This document shows positions 32,313-42,820 of a DNA stretch of 64,000 nt, piece after piece. This DNA is from an uncultured delta proteobacterium (GTDB taxonomy: Bacteria > Desulfobacterota > Binatia > UBA9968): the NCBI GenBank assembly GCA_963737905.1, contig CAVTUQ010000001.1, forward strand, positions 64,001 through 128,000. Direction: 5' to 3'. A program made the translations under genes and the position numbers. Each line of letters starts with the position of its first letter. The first letter of the stretch is position 1. Below the pieces are notes generated by a model that was not told where the DNA came from, searched no databases, and saw nothing but the letters and a program-made list of their open reading frames with translations.

Positions 32313-33632
32313 TCAGACAATGCTTTTCGGCTCATGACTCTCAGGCGACGGCACCGGCGAGTTGGCATTGCCGATCATTCCCTTTGCCAGCGGACGGCGA
32401 GCCAAAGATAGTAGCAGGGCTGAAATCAAATAGTTTCCAAAGAAAATCGCAAAAATGGTTTGATAGTTACCGGTGAAGTCGAAGGCCATGCCGGCAAATA
32501 GCGGACCGAGACCCAAGCCGCCTTTGTGGAATGGATCGAGAACGCTGCTGATAGCGCCATAGGAACGGCGGCCAAAATAACGCGCCAAGAGAATCTGCGT
32601 CAGCACCGCGGCGCCCCTGGCACCGAGGCCAAAAAGCAACGCAAAGAGGTATGCGGCAACGAGGCCTCTCACTTGCGTTAACAAAGCGACGGCGACCGCC
32701 GCGATCAGCATGGCCGCGACGCTGAGCCGACGCGGGTGCATTCGTTCACCTAAAGCGCCCCATAGTCCGTTGCCCATGGCGCCCGATAGAGCCATAACGC
32801 TCAGCGCTCCTGCAGCTAGTCCCGGCCTAATCTGGTTATCGGTAAAATAGGCGACCGTGTGAAAGGCGATGCCGCCCGTGCCGAGGGAAGCGAGAAAGGT
32901 GCTCGCCACCAGCAACCAAAGCGTGCTCGTCCGCATCGCATCCGCGCGCGTCCAACCCGGTTCCGCCACGCCTTTTTGTGGCTCCCGCCGGGGCGAGGGC
33001 GGGCCGCCGCAGGTAGGCACGGCCGAAAGCCCATCGGGAGCGAGACCGAGATCTTCCGGTTGCCGGCGCAGGAAAATCGCCCCGGGTAACACCACCAAAA
33101 CCCAAAGCGAAATTCCAAGCGCCAAAAATGCGCCGCGCCAGCCGTAATGGTCGACAAAAAATTGATAGACCAGAGAGAGAGCCGACGCCCCGAGCGGGAC
33201 CGACATGGCGACCAAGCCCATCGCTCTCGGCCGTTTGATGGAGAACCAATTCGCCACGGCCGTGAACGGAACGATGCCGCACAAGAGAAATTCCGTGAGC
33301 GCGCGGGCCGGAACGAAAGTCGCGTAAAACTGCCATGGCTCCGTGCTCAAACCAACACCGATAGCAAGCGAGCCCACCAACGCGCCGCCCGCCGGCAGCA
33401 GCAACCGGGGCCCGAGCCGGTCGGCGATCGGTCCGAAAAACGGTGAAAGGGCCCCGCCTGAAATCGCCCCCGCCGTAATCGCCGCTGCGGTGAGCGCGCG
33501 GCTCCAGCCAAGATCATCGCTGATCGGCTTCAATACTACGGCCATGGTGACATTACTGACGCCCGCGGAAAAAAAGCCTGCGACCATCGAAATCGCGACA
33601 ATAATCCAGCCGTAGAAGAAAGGCGGTGTCAC
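32313..33632 (-). CDS. MFS transporter
   Basis: GPIADRLGPR motif A; about 12 TM helices. Confidence 0.93.
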   Translation of the reverse strand: MTPPFFYGWIIVAISMVAGFFSAGVSNVTMAVVLKPISDDLGWSRALTAAAITAGAISGGALSPFFGPIADRLGPRLLLPAGGALVGSLAIGVGLSTEPWQFYATFVPARALTEFLLCGIVPFTAVANWFSIKRPRAMGLVAMSVPLGASALSLVYQFFVDHYGWRGAFLALGISLWVLVVLPGAIFLRRQPEDLGLAPDGLSAVPTCGGPPSPRREPQKGVAEPGWTRADAMRTSTLWLLVASTFLASLGTGGIAFHTVAYFTDNQIRPGLAAGALSVMALSGAMGNGLWGALGERMHPRRLSVAAMLIAAVAVALLTQVRGLVAAYLFALLFGLGARGAAVLTQILLARYFGRRSYGAISSVLDPFHKGGLGLGPLFAGMAFDFTGNYQTIFAIFFGNYLISALLLSLARRPLAKGMIGNANSPVPSPESHEPKSIV

Positions 33633-33665
33633 AGGCTCGCTGCTGATCGCGGATGATTTAGGTTC

Positions 33666-33809
33666 CTAGTGAACTGTAACACTTGATTCGCGTCTAAGTT
33701 CGAAGAACCCTTCGACAGGCTCAGGGTGAACGGTCAAGGCACGAGCCGTTCGTGGTGAGGTTCTCGAACCATGAACGGCGAACGCTATGTAGCTGTTACA
33801 GTTCACTAG
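33666..33809. mobile_element. MITE-like element with 16-bp perfect IRs enclosing a REP-like repeat
   Basis: CTAGTGAACTGTAACA / TGTTACAGTTCACTAG; internal CCCTTCGACAGGCTCAGGGTGAACGG. Confidence 0.75.
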
Positions 33810-33817
33810 ATTCTGGT

Positions 33818-34672
33818 TTAGGCTTCTTTTAGATGATCCTGCCAGACGTGATTCGGCTTGAAACCAAGCATCCGGCGCGCCTTCGCCGAATCCACGCAAC
33901 TCCAGTGTGTCCCGGATACTTTTTTTATTTTTGCGCCCTTCGGCAAAAACTTCCTGATCAGTTCCAAAGTCGGTTGTGTCATGCAGTTGTTCGGCGCCGA
34001 CGCGATAAAAACTTCGTGCCCGCGAAAATTGGCTTGCAACGCCAACCGGCACGTCATCGCCGCATCCCGCGCATCGATGTAAGTCCAGAAGCCGCTCGCC
34101 CGCGTTGCCGGGTTTCGCCAGCGCTCCCTAAAACTCTCGTAGGACAGATCAAAGTTTACTCCCGGAAAGCGCAGGCTGCAGACGGTCATGTCCTTATGCA
34201 GGGTCACTAAAGATTCGGCGATTTGCTCGCCGATCACTTTGGAAAGGCCGTAGGAGTCTTGCGGCTTCGAAGGATGACCTTCATCGAGCGGCAAATAATC
34301 GGGTGGCCAGAGTTTTTTTGCATAGATGAAACCAAATGCGGCGGTGCTCGAAGCGATGACGACTTTTTTTACTCCGAGATCCGCCGCGGCACGGAGAACA
34401 TTGTAGGTCGATGTCACGTTGTTTCCGAATGTCTCCGCGTCCGGCGCGAGATTGGGCGCTTGATAGGCGCCGAGATGGACGATCCCGTAAGCGCTTTTGA
34501 GCGCCTCGAAGAGATCTCCGGCGTGACGCAAATCGGCAAGCCAGCTCTGACACAACTTCTCTCGGGGCGGAACTCGGTCGAGGCTAAGAACTTCGTAGCG
34601 GTGCGCGATCAGCTCGCGAATAACAAACTGGCCCAGTTTACCGCTGCCACCCGTGACTACGATTCTTTTCAT
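33818..34672 (-). CDS. NAD-dependent epimerase/dehydratase family protein
   Basis: VTGGSGKLG and YGLSK. Confidence 0.92.
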   Translation of the reverse strand: MKRIVVTGGSGKLGQFVIRELIAHRYEVLSLDRVPPREKLCQSWLADLRHAGDLFEALKSAYGIVHLGAYQAPNLAPDAETFGNNVTSTYNVLRAAADLGVKKVVIASSTAAFGFIYAKKLWPPDYLPLDEGHPSKPQDSYGLSKVIGEQIAESLVTLHKDMTVCSLRFPGVNFDLSYESFRERWRNPATRASGFWTYIDARDAAMTCRLALQANFRGHEVFIASAPNNCMTQPTLELIRKFLPKGAKIKKVSGTHWSCVDSAKARRMLGFKPNHVWQDHLKEA

Positions 34673-34743
34673 CTCATTTGCTCGTTTTCTTTCTTGGCTA
34701 TTTTGTGCCTTGGGCAAATTGTTGAAGTCTCTCCTTACCCTCT

Positions 34744-34816
34744 GTTCAACATTCAAGATTCAAAGATCAAGGTATGGAACAGAAACGTTGAACATTGAAC
34801 TTTGAACTCTTGAACA
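34744..34816. repeat. Inverted arrays of heptamer repeats (TTCAA / TTGAAC)
   Basis: Four TTCAA-type units followed by four TTGAAC units; can fold back. Confidence 0.7.
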
Positions 34817-34868
34817 GGGATCGTTTTCGTCCCCAAGACCTCATACCAATTCTGATTCCCGGTGATCT

Positions 34869-35078
34869 CTAGCGCTTCGGTACGAGAATATCCTCCAACT
34901 TAGCGATGAGCGAAGGATTCAGCTCGTACAAACCCGTGAAAGTCTTAGCCGTGGTCGGTCCGACGATGAAAGTAATAATTTCGCCTTTGTAGAATTCTTG
35001 CGCGGAGACAGATCGGAAACTGATGATCGCCGCTGCCGCGATGACAATGACCGGCAAGATTTTAATTCTCTTGATCAT
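34869..35078 (-). pseudogene. TctC/Bug-type binding protein with a large in-frame internal deletion
   Basis: Signal peptide plus EFYKGEIITFIVG fused directly to a C-terminal-like LYELNPSLIAKLEDILVPK. Confidence 0.7.
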
Positions 35079-35206
35079 GACGATATGATCACTTATTTCC
35101 GCGTACGAACTCAGAAAAGAAACTTCTGGTTCGTTATCGTCCGGTTTTTCCCTCACGGAATCATGCAATCAGTATAGCCGAGAAGGTCGGAGGCGGTGGA
35201 GAAAAA

Positions 35207-36247
35207 CTACTTTTCCAACAGCTTCTTCATCCGTTCGATAACCTCCGGGGGTTGAACCATAATATCTTTCGATACGGCCTCTAGCTCCTCACCGCTCAGG
35301 AGATCCAAATCCCATTTCCTTTTCTGGGCGTCGGCGAGCAGCGCCGGGTCGCTCATCGTTTTCGTAAAGGCCTCGCGGAAAATCTTGATCCGCTCAGCCG
35401 GCATTCCTGGTGGACCCATAAATGGACGGCCGAGATCGCCGGAGGAGAGCAGTACTTTAGCCAACCGCTTCGTTGCATCGGGCGACTTATATTTTTCCAT
35501 CAGCTCATAGATGGTTGGAACGTCCGGCAACTTTGGATAACGCTTGGCTCCGCTTTGGGCCAGGGCACGAACAAATCCGTTCTTGATCCACGTCCGTGTG
35601 GGTTCACGACCCACATAAGCGGAAACGGTTCCAGCGCGGCATTGCACTTCCCCTTTCTCGATGGCGAGGTTCATTTCGCCGCCGCCGCCGTAACCGACCA
35701 CCATGTGAAGCTTGACTCCCAACCCCTCCTCAAGCAGCTTCGGTAAGAAATAGCCCAGCCCAGCGCGCGCCAACGACGCACACCTTGGCGGGTCCGTAGC
35801 GGTGCGTAACTCGTCCAAAGTCTTATACGGGACGTCCGAGCGAATAAATAAAACCTGATCGATCCGTTCCGGGGAGCCGATCCAGGAAAATTTCGGCCAG
35901 TCGAACTTCACTTCCTTCGATCCTAGAAGCTGATCGATGTAGATGGCAGGGTTGATGAGCCCGAGGGTCAACCCGTCGGGCTTGGCGACGTTATAAACAT
36001 AGTTCGCCGCAATCACGGTCCCGGCACCCGGCATGTTTTGCACCACGATATCGGGATTTCCTGGAATGTGTTTGCCCAGATACTGTGCCACAAAGCGCGC
36101 CCAGTCGTCTTGGGCCCCTCCTACCGAGTTCCCCACCACGAGCCTGATGGCCTTGCCTTTAAAAGACTCATCCGACGCCGCAGGCGCAACGCTGGAGAGC
36201 AGGGCAAACCCGAATAAGAAAGATACGCAAAAAAGGATTCTTTTCAT
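35207..36247 (-). CDS. Tripartite tricarboxylate transporter substrate-binding protein (TctC/Bug)
   Basis: IPGNPDIVVQNMPGAG, AKPDGLTLG, LPDVPT. Confidence 0.92.
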   Translation of the reverse strand: MKRILFCVSFLFGFALLSSVAPAASDESFKGKAIRLVVGNSVGGAQDDWARFVAQYLGKHIPGNPDIVVQNMPGAGTVIAANYVYNVAKPDGLTLGLINPAIYIDQLLGSKEVKFDWPKFSWIGSPERIDQVLFIRSDVPYKTLDELRTATDPPRCASLARAGLGYFLPKLLEEGLGVKLHMVVGYGGGGEMNLAIEKGEVQCRAGTVSAYVGREPTRTWIKNGFVRALAQSGAKRYPKLPDVPTIYELMEKYKSPDATKRLAKVLLSSGDLGRPFMGPPGMPAERIKIFREAFTKTMSDPALLADAQKRKWDLDLLSGEELEAVSKDIMVQPPEVIERMKKLLEK

Positions 36248-36403
36248 GAGACCTCCCTCATCAATCCGCTGGTAGCATGAATGAAACAATCCACTGAGAC
36301 CCAGCCAGCGCTCAGGCCCAATCGGAGCGTCACTTAATCAAGCCTCCAACCTGGTGTCAAGGCGACCAACTCGTTTTGGACCTTGAACTAGAACCTCCAC
36401 CCG

Positions 36404-37471
36404 CTAAGGCTCTGTTTCCCCTCCCAACCACCTTGCAGCACCGGCGTAGATGTACTGGGTGCCCATGTTGACCACCACCACTCGAAACAAGTGGAAGGCG
36501 ACCACCAATGGCACGCTGATCTGGAGAGCTTGCGCGGTGATCGTCATCTCTGCCAAGCCACCGGGCGAGGTGGCGAGGATCATGGTAGCGATAGGCAGGT
36601 CGAAACCCCAGGCAAGGACCGCAGCGGCCGCCACCGAGGCGATCACGATAAAGAGCGAGTTCAACAACGCGAAAGGTATGAACAGTCTGTAGCGGGCAAA
36701 GAAGGCGCGCTCGTAACGCGCCCCTAACACCAGGCCGAACATGAGTTGGGCGAAATCCGTCATCCAGTGCGGCACGGCGGAAAGGTGGATGCCATTCACA
36801 GTGAGCGCCGCGCCGAAGAAAATCGGCGCTAGCAGATAGCCATTCTGTAACCGGAGCCGCTCTGAAACCTCGCCCAACACAAAGCCGAAGGCCAGCCACG
36901 GCGCTAGTATCGAGTAATCGAGCGGTACATCCGGCCGGTAGGCAGATCCTACGAGCGGGATGCCGCCATAGGTCAGCGCCAACGGGATCAGGATGACGAC
37001 GATGGAGACGCGCAAGCTATGAGCCACTGCAACAGGAGCGACTTGGGCCCCGTAGCGCTCGGCCAGCACGGCCATCGCCATGGCACCGCCCGGAATCGAG
37101 GCGAAGAACGTAGATTTTCCATCAACCCCGGAGGCCCGGCTCAAAGTCAACGCGCCGAGACCGCCCACCAAGAAAACCGAAACGGTCGCCGCCGCGATCG
37201 CAGGTAAGTTGACGGCCAACTCCGCAACGACGGTCGGAGTGAAATAGAGCGACACCGCCGAACCAATAATCACCTGACCCATTTGGCGGCCATAAGGGAC
37301 CGAGTACATTCGCACGCCCATCAGATTGAAGGTCGCGATCGCGATCATCGGCCCGATCATCCAGGGAATCGGAGTGTGGAGGCGAGCGAACAGAAAGCCC
37401 GCCGGGACACCGACCGCGAGCCCCTTCAGGATTGGGGGCAGCCGCTTCCGAAGATTAGTGAACTCGGTCAT
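36404..37471 (-). CDS. AbrB-family duplicated membrane protein
   Basis: PIPWMIGP, PGGAMAM and SPGGLAEM internal repeats. Confidence 0.9.
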   Translation of the reverse strand: MTEFTNLRKRLPPILKGLAVGVPAGFLFARLHTPIPWMIGPMIAIATFNLMGVRMYSVPYGRQMGQVIIGSAVSLYFTPTVVAELAVNLPAIAAATVSVFLVGGLGALTLSRASGVDGKSTFFASIPGGAMAMAVLAERYGAQVAPVAVAHSLRVSIVVILIPLALTYGGIPLVGSAYRPDVPLDYSILAPWLAFGFVLGEVSERLRLQNGYLLAPIFFGAALTVNGIHLSAVPHWMTDFAQLMFGLVLGARYERAFFARYRLFIPFALLNSLFIVIASVAAAAVLAWGFDLPIATMILATSPGGLAEMTITAQALQISVPLVVAFHLFRVVVVNMGTQYIYAGAARWLGGETEP

Positions 37472-37613
37472 TGATGATTGCTGCGACCCGTTGCTGTATG
37501 ACCGCGGGATCGGACGCCGGAAAATGATTCTAAATCTTATTTAAAACTTCTTTTTTGAGCGAAGACGACAGCCGGCCGCTATGCATTTTTTTGGGGACCT
37601 TTATACTGCTATG

Positions 37614-37818
37614 TTTAAAAGCTTTCGCAGCTTGCGCGGATTTTTCAGGTGGTCGATTGTCAGGGATACACCAACCGACGAAAGACTTTCTCACCACGAA
37701 GATCGCGAAAGACACGAAGATCGGATAACCGAGATGGCATCGAATCAAAAAATGTTTTCTTCCTTCGTGCTCTTCGTGTGCTCCGTGGTGATATCCAGTT
37801 TCCTTGGTTGCGGCCTAG
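37614..37818. repeat. Intergenic composite repeat, copy 1
   Basis: Starts TTAAAAG.TTTCGCAGC.TGCGC..ATTTT.C.GGTG and ends TTGGTT.CGGC, as at 40355-40593; inner CACCACGAAG/CTCCGTGGTG hairpin. Confidence 0.65.
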
Positions 37819-37819
37819 C

Positions 37820-38842
37820 TTATACGGCAGGCGCCAGCCTGTAAAAACGCGCCACGTTGTCATGCAGCATCTTCTGCTTGGTGCTGTCCGAGAGATCCGT
37901 TCTCTCCCGGACGGCCTTGACGGTGTGCGGCCAGTCGCCGTCCCAGTGAGGATAATCGGATGAGTAAAGCAGCGTATCTTCCAAGCCCCAACGAAGGGAG
38001 TCGGGGATAGTTTTTTCTTCGCACTCGACACCGAAATAAATGCGCCCGCCGGTCACGTATTCGCTCGGCGGCTTGGTGAGATAGGAAGCTTCGTCCGCGC
38101 CGCGCTTCTCCACCTCTTCATCGAGGCGGTCCATCATGTACGGCACCCAGCCGATTCCCGATTCAAGATACGCGATGCTAAGCCGCGGGAACCGCTCGAA
38201 CACCCCGCCTACGATCGTCGCGATCATCGCCATCATCTGTTCGGCCGGATGGTCGATGGTGTGTGCCGAGAGAAATTTCCGAAAGCGCTGGCCGCCCAAT
38301 GAATCGGCAGAAGTGCCCGTGTGAAAGCCAATCCCCACTCCGAGGCTTTCAGCGACGGAGTAAATCGGATCGTACAGAACGTCACCGAAGTCGGGCATTT
38401 GCGGCATGTAGGTCGGCAGGACTCCGGCCACCGCCGCCCGCTCAGTCACGGCACGCTTGAGTTCGTCGGCCGCGGCCTTGGGATCCTGCGGTGCCAAAAG
38501 CGCGACATATTTGAGGCGCGCGGGGTCCTTCTTGCAGAAGTGGTACATCCAGTCGTTGTAGGCCCGGGTTACAGCGGTCGCAAAATCACGCTCGTGCAGG
38601 TTGCCGACATGCAGTCCCGCCGTCGGGTAGAGCACCATCACATCGATCCCATCCTCGTCCATGGCCGCTATCTGATCCTCGGGCCCCTCTGGCTTCGCGC
38701 CCAGCTTGCCGCGTAAATCACGGTCCCACGCGTCATTGGGGAACAGGTTTCGCCGTTGCCAGCGCGGCTCTAGGAACTCCCGCATGCCGGCGATGGACTC
38801 GCGCACGTGCCCGTCCGCGTCGATCACTTTATAGTTGGCCAT
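37820..38842 (-). CDS. Amidohydrolase_2 family protein
   Basis: IDADGH, FH, LESGIGW, SSDYPHWD. Confidence 0.94.
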   Translation of the reverse strand: MANYKVIDADGHVRESIAGMREFLEPRWQRRNLFPNDAWDRDLRGKLGAKPEGPEDQIAAMDEDGIDVMVLYPTAGLHVGNLHERDFATAVTRAYNDWMYHFCKKDPARLKYVALLAPQDPKAAADELKRAVTERAAVAGVLPTYMPQMPDFGDVLYDPIYSVAESLGVGIGFHTGTSADSLGGQRFRKFLSAHTIDHPAEQMMAMIATIVGGVFERFPRLSIAYLESGIGWVPYMMDRLDEEVEKRGADEASYLTKPPSEYVTGGRIYFGVECEEKTIPDSLRWGLEDTLLYSSDYPHWDGDWPHTVKAVRERTDLSDSTKQKMLHDNVARFYRLAPAV

Positions 38843-38901
38843 TTCTCCCTCCTTTATGGGTTACGTATCGTTCGATGGTCGCTTTGCCAATTGCTTTAAC
38901 T

Positions 38902-40287
38902 TCATGACGCAATTCTTAAGGGTCGAGTGAGCTTCGTGATGTCATCGAGCTTTTCGACGTTTCGGACGCCGTCGATCAACCGTTCCAGTTTTTTCTCGCT
39001 AAGTATGATGCGGGTCAGATTTTTTGCCTTTTCTTCCAGCTCCGATGGGCTCATCGGGTTATGCGGCGTACCCTTGAAGTGAACTACCAACACCGAGGGA
39101 CGACTTCCATCCTTGAGTGAGAGCGTCACCCGGGCCGCGCGGTCCCATCCCTTCTCTTCGATCTCGTGATCGACGCGCAGACGAACTTTGCGCATCGTCG
39201 CCAGAATTTTCTCATCCGAAATCCGTCTTTCAGTAAAAGACTGCGGATCCTTCGGATCATGGTAGAGACTCAGCGCGACGCAGAACGGGATGCTGTATTG
39301 CGCCGCCATCAAATCTTTCGGCTGGTAAATGGCGTGATGAGTGACCAGTTTTTCGATTCCACCAACGGTAATCTCCCGGACGTCCTGCGGCTCAAAGCCA
39401 TTTTGCTGCGAGAGCTTTTCCAGCCCTTCGATGGGCGCATGAGCATTGATGTGACAGGCGTACCGTTTGATGCAGATATTGAGAGACTCGAAGTCGCGTC
39501 CCAGGCGGTACGTCAGCCGGGAGAGGTTCGGAGAGTCGGAAAAGGCTCGGCAAAATCCTAGCTCACCCTCGAGAACGCTATCCGGCCCGGCAAACCCGCG
39601 CTGTGCCAAGGAGGCGGCGGTCACGCCTCCTTCCGCGGCTTTTCCCAAGTGAAGACGCTTGATCATCGCGCCTTCCTGACAGCGGGAAAATTCCATCAGC
39701 CCGCCGCAGTAAGAGCCGGCGATTCCCAGCGCATGAATCATTTTATTTTCGTCGAGACCCAGGAGACGTCCGGCCGCCACCGCAGCGCCAAAAGTTCCAG
39801 TCAATCCGGGAGCATGGAAGCCGCGTTTTTCGAGAGAATTTCCCGCAGCGACGCCGATGCGACCCATAACTTCGCAGGCCGCCACGAAGGCGGTCAGGAA
39901 AGCTTTCCCGTTCGCCTTTTGCATTTCTGCCGTCGCGAGGGCTGGGAGAAACGCAGTTGCGCCGGGGTGTACGCCGGCGCCGGGTTGACGGACGTTGTCC
40001 AACTCAAAGGCATGCGCCATTGTTCCATTGGCCAATGCCGCCAGATGCGCCGGCGCGCGCCGGCTCTCTCCCAATACAGTGGAACGACCCGAGAGACCCT
40101 GGTCTTTGACAAACTGAACTACCGTCTGGCTCCAAGGCTTGGTGGAACCGTAAAGAGCCACTGTGATTATATCCAGGAGACAGTCCTTCGCTCGGGAAAT
40201 CACCTCCGGCGGGATATCGCGATAACGAAGATTGACGGCGTAGCGGGCAAGTTGTTTGGTCGCGCCTGTGCTCACAGCAACCCCCAA
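38902..40287 (-). CDS. MmgE/PrpD family protein
   Basis: NGTMAHAFELD, VHPG, GFHAP, AAQYSIPF. Confidence 0.94.
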   Translation of the reverse strand: MGVAVSTGATKQLARYAVNLRYRDIPPEVISRAKDCLLDIITVALYGSTKPWSQTVVQFVKDQGLSGRSTVLGESRRAPAHLAALANGTMAHAFELDNVRQPGAGVHPGATAFLPALATAEMQKANGKAFLTAFVAACEVMGRIGVAAGNSLEKRGFHAPGLTGTFGAAVAAGRLLGLDENKMIHALGIAGSYCGGLMEFSRCQEGAMIKRLHLGKAAEGGVTAASLAQRGFAGPDSVLEGELGFCRAFSDSPNLSRLTYRLGRDFESLNICIKRYACHINAHAPIEGLEKLSQQNGFEPQDVREITVGGIEKLVTHHAIYQPKDLMAAQYSIPFCVALSLYHDPKDPQSFTERRISDEKILATMRKVRLRVDHEIEEKGWDRAARVTLSLKDGSRPSVLVVHFKGTPHNPMSPSELEEKAKNLTRIILSEKKLERLIDGVRNVEKLDDITKLTRPLRIAS

Positions 40288-40354
40288 ATGCGTGCCGTAG
40301 AGTGCTTCTCGCCAGCCGATTCGAAGTCAATAAAGCATTCTTGACCCCAAGAAC

Positions 40355-40593
40355 TTAAAAGGTTTCGCAGCCTGCGCAAATTTTCCGGTGACACGTGGCT
40401 ATCCAAACGGGGATTTGCTCGAGCCAAGCCTGTCTTGAGCGAAATCGAAGGGACGCCAAGTGACGGCCAAGGTCCGTCATCCCGAGTGGAGGCGAGGGAT
40501 CTGGGAAAGATTTCTCCCTTCGGTCGAAATGACAACGCTTTGCGTCTTTACGCGAGATATTCCGAGTCTTGGTTCCGGCTCTGCGGCGCTAGG
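40355..40593. repeat. Intergenic composite repeat, copy 2, with nested REP-like GTCATCCCGAG...GGTCGAAATGAC
   Basis: Same ends as 37614-37818 but a different palindromic filler. Confidence 0.65.
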
Positions 40594-40614
40594 TCCTTTG
40601 CGGTTGTTGTCCTC

Positions 40615-40968
40615 CTAGGTTTTCCAGCCCGCTGATAGGTCGACTCTGGTCCCAACGGGGTCGAGCACGAAGGTCTCGGCGAAGCGACCATCTCTGGGAA
40701 GCTCCGCTTTACCGCCGGTGGCGCCGGCGGCGAGCGCCGTCTTAGCGGCGTCCTTAACGTCTTCCACCTGCATTCCAAAGTGATAAATTCCCTCGCGGCG
40801 GCTTCTCGCCGGCAGCAAAGCTAAATTGATGTGACCATCTGAAACATAAATGGCTTCGCCGTTTTCGCCGCTGCGCGCGACCTCTTTGAGGCCGAAGGCT
40901 GTTTTGTAAAACTCCGCGAGCTTCGCCGGATCCGCGGCGAGAATAGCGATGTGTCCGATCCTTGCCAT
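40615..40968 (-). CDS. VOC/glyoxalase family protein
   Basis: IGHIAI, SDGHINLAL, IYHFG, DPVGTRVDL. Confidence 0.9.
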   Translation of the reverse strand: MARIGHIAILAADPAKLAEFYKTAFGLKEVARSGENGEAIYVSDGHINLALLPARSRREGIYHFGMQVEDVKDAAKTALAAGATGGKAELPRDGRFAETFVLDPVGTRVDLSAGWKT

Positions 40969-41097
40969 GTACCTGCCCTCCTTTATAGATGAGTCAATAC
41001 GCTTTCCCCTTTCGGGCAAAGCCCGCCCGATCGGGTCAACCAGGCACAGCATTACAACATCGAAAGGGTGGTTACAACATGAAACTCGAAAGATCAA

Positions 41098-41817
41098 TTA
41101 TAGCGGCAGATCAGCGACCGGGACCCCTGCGTCAATCGCCTTGCACTTCGCCTCTTCGGCAGCGGATTTCTGCCGTGCCAGCTCGAGCACTTCCGCGGCC
41201 CGTGCTCGCGGAATAAAACAGACGCCGGTATCGTCGGCGAACACGATATCGCCCGGGGCCACACGAATGCCGGCAACCTCGATCTCACCGTTGATCTCAA
41301 TCGTTTCGATACGCCATTTGCCGGTGACCGGCGTTACTTCCGTGGCCCATACGGGGTACCCCACGCGGCGTGAATGCGCGACGTCTCGAACGCCGCCTAA
41401 GACGATCGCTCCTGCCTCGCCCTGGCGCTTGCCGGTTTGCGCGGATATGCCGCCCATGTTTGAAATGCCCGGCACCCCGTCGATCACGACCACGTCGCCC
41501 GGGCGAGCCAGATTGTGGGCCTCAAACTCGGCCATCTTGTTCACGTGCCGGCGCGCGGTCTCGTAGACGTGCTCGCGCTGCATGATGTTGCGCACCGTCA
41601 GCGCCGGTCCCACGATGCGTGAGCCCGCCAGGGTCGGCTTCAGCACCGATGCTCCGACCACGCCGGTAATCCCAAGCTCGTCCATTACGTCCGAAACAAT
41701 CCCGGTGGCATCTCCCAGCGCCCGAAACCCCTCGATGATCCCGTCCGGCGGCCGCGGCGTTTCCATCTTGCGGATACGCTCAGCTGCAATCTTCCCAGTC
41801 AGATTTTTTTCATCCAT
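41098..41817 (-). CDS. RraA/HMG-aldolase family protein
   Basis: VSDVMD, VGPALTV, GGVRD, PGDIVFADDTGV. Confidence 0.92.
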   Translation of the reverse strand: MDEKNLTGKIAAERIRKMETPRPPDGIIEGFRALGDATGIVSDVMDELGITGVVGASVLKPTLAGSRIVGPALTVRNIMQREHVYETARRHVNKMAEFEAHNLARPGDVVVIDGVPGISNMGGISAQTGKRQGEAGAIVLGGVRDVAHSRRVGYPVWATEVTPVTGKWRIETIEINGEIEVAGIRVAPGDIVFADDTGVCFIPRARAAEVLELARQKSAAEEAKCKAIDAGVPVADLPL

Positions 41818-42010
41818 GGTTGCGCTCCTTGAATGTCAATCAACAGAAATATTTCATTTATCAGCGACTTGAGACCTGTATATATGCTAGAAGCGCGCGT
41901 ATGCTATGCGGCTAGATAAGCAAAAGCCCGGGGGTTGTATAGATCCCCGCGCCTTTAGTCTAGATCCGGTGTGAGCCGAACCGAACGGCCACCCTTCCGG
42001 ACGACTGTCG

Positions 42011-42430
42011 CTAGCTTAACAGCGGGTTACGAACTGTGATTTCGCCGTACTTTTGCCCATGGCTGAGATCCTCGGACCAAAGGGTTGCAGCCTCTTCTTT
42101 ATGGGCGGCAGCCAGAATAAGTCCGTCCCAGAAACTCAGGCGGTGACGTTCAGCCATTTCACTCCCTGCGAGAATGTCCCGAGTTTCTAAAACCGCAACT
42201 GTCCAGGTACCTAGGTCTGAAATGATCTGGCGGGCTTCACGGGGTTTAAGAGGATTGGGGATCTTCGCTGTTACGGTCACGTAAAACTCTTGAAGTACCT
42301 GAGTGCTGACCACGCCTTCTCCCGTGTCCCAGAGTCTTTCCATAAGCTCTCGCGAGCGCTCAAACTTGCGTCCCGCGGTCTGATCGTACGCGTAGACGAG
42401 AATGTTAGTATCCACGAACTCAGCGGACAT
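42011..42430 (-). CDS. vapC: PIN-domain toxin (VapC family)
   Basis: FVDTNILVY, QVLQEF, LSFWD, SEDL. Confidence 0.92.
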   Translation of the reverse strand: MSAEFVDTNILVYAYDQTAGRKFERSRELMERLWDTGEGVVSTQVLQEFYVTVTAKIPNPLKPREARQIISDLGTWTVAVLETRDILAGSEMAERHRLSFWDGLILAAAHKEEAATLWSEDLSHGQKYGEITVRNPLLS

Positions 42431-42662
42431 GGAGATCCTCGCGCGTCCAACGAACCCTGCCTTTCGTGCCAAGTCTTAACCCGCGGCGCATCAGGGTGCG
42501 CTGCCTCTCAGCAGCCAGGCGCATTTCTGAAAGACGCTTGACTCGTTCTTCCAGAGCCTCCACGAGAAAGCCTGACAAGGAGATTCCTCGATCAACCGCG
42601 AAGTGCTTGGCCTCACGAAGGATATCTTTAGGAATGGAGAGGGTGATGTTTTGCTTTTCCAC
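42420..42662 (-). CDS. RHH/CopG-type antitoxin
   Basis: QNITLSIP..AVDRGISLS..WTREDLH; overlaps the PIN gene start. Confidence 0.85.
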   Translation of the reverse strand: MEKQNITLSIPKDILREAKHFAVDRGISLSGFLVEALEERVKRLSEMRLAAERQRTLMRRGLRLGTKGRVRWTREDLHVR

Positions 42663-42820
42663 GCGTTTACGTGTAGCACGCGACTTCCCCCATTGCAACA
42701 CGGAAGGGCCTAAACCAAAAACACCCGCCCTATTTATAAATCGAGCGTTTTTATATAAATCCGGCAGGACCCTATTTGTCGTTTGGCTCCCTTTGAAATT
42801 TCGATCTCTTTACTGCGTGG

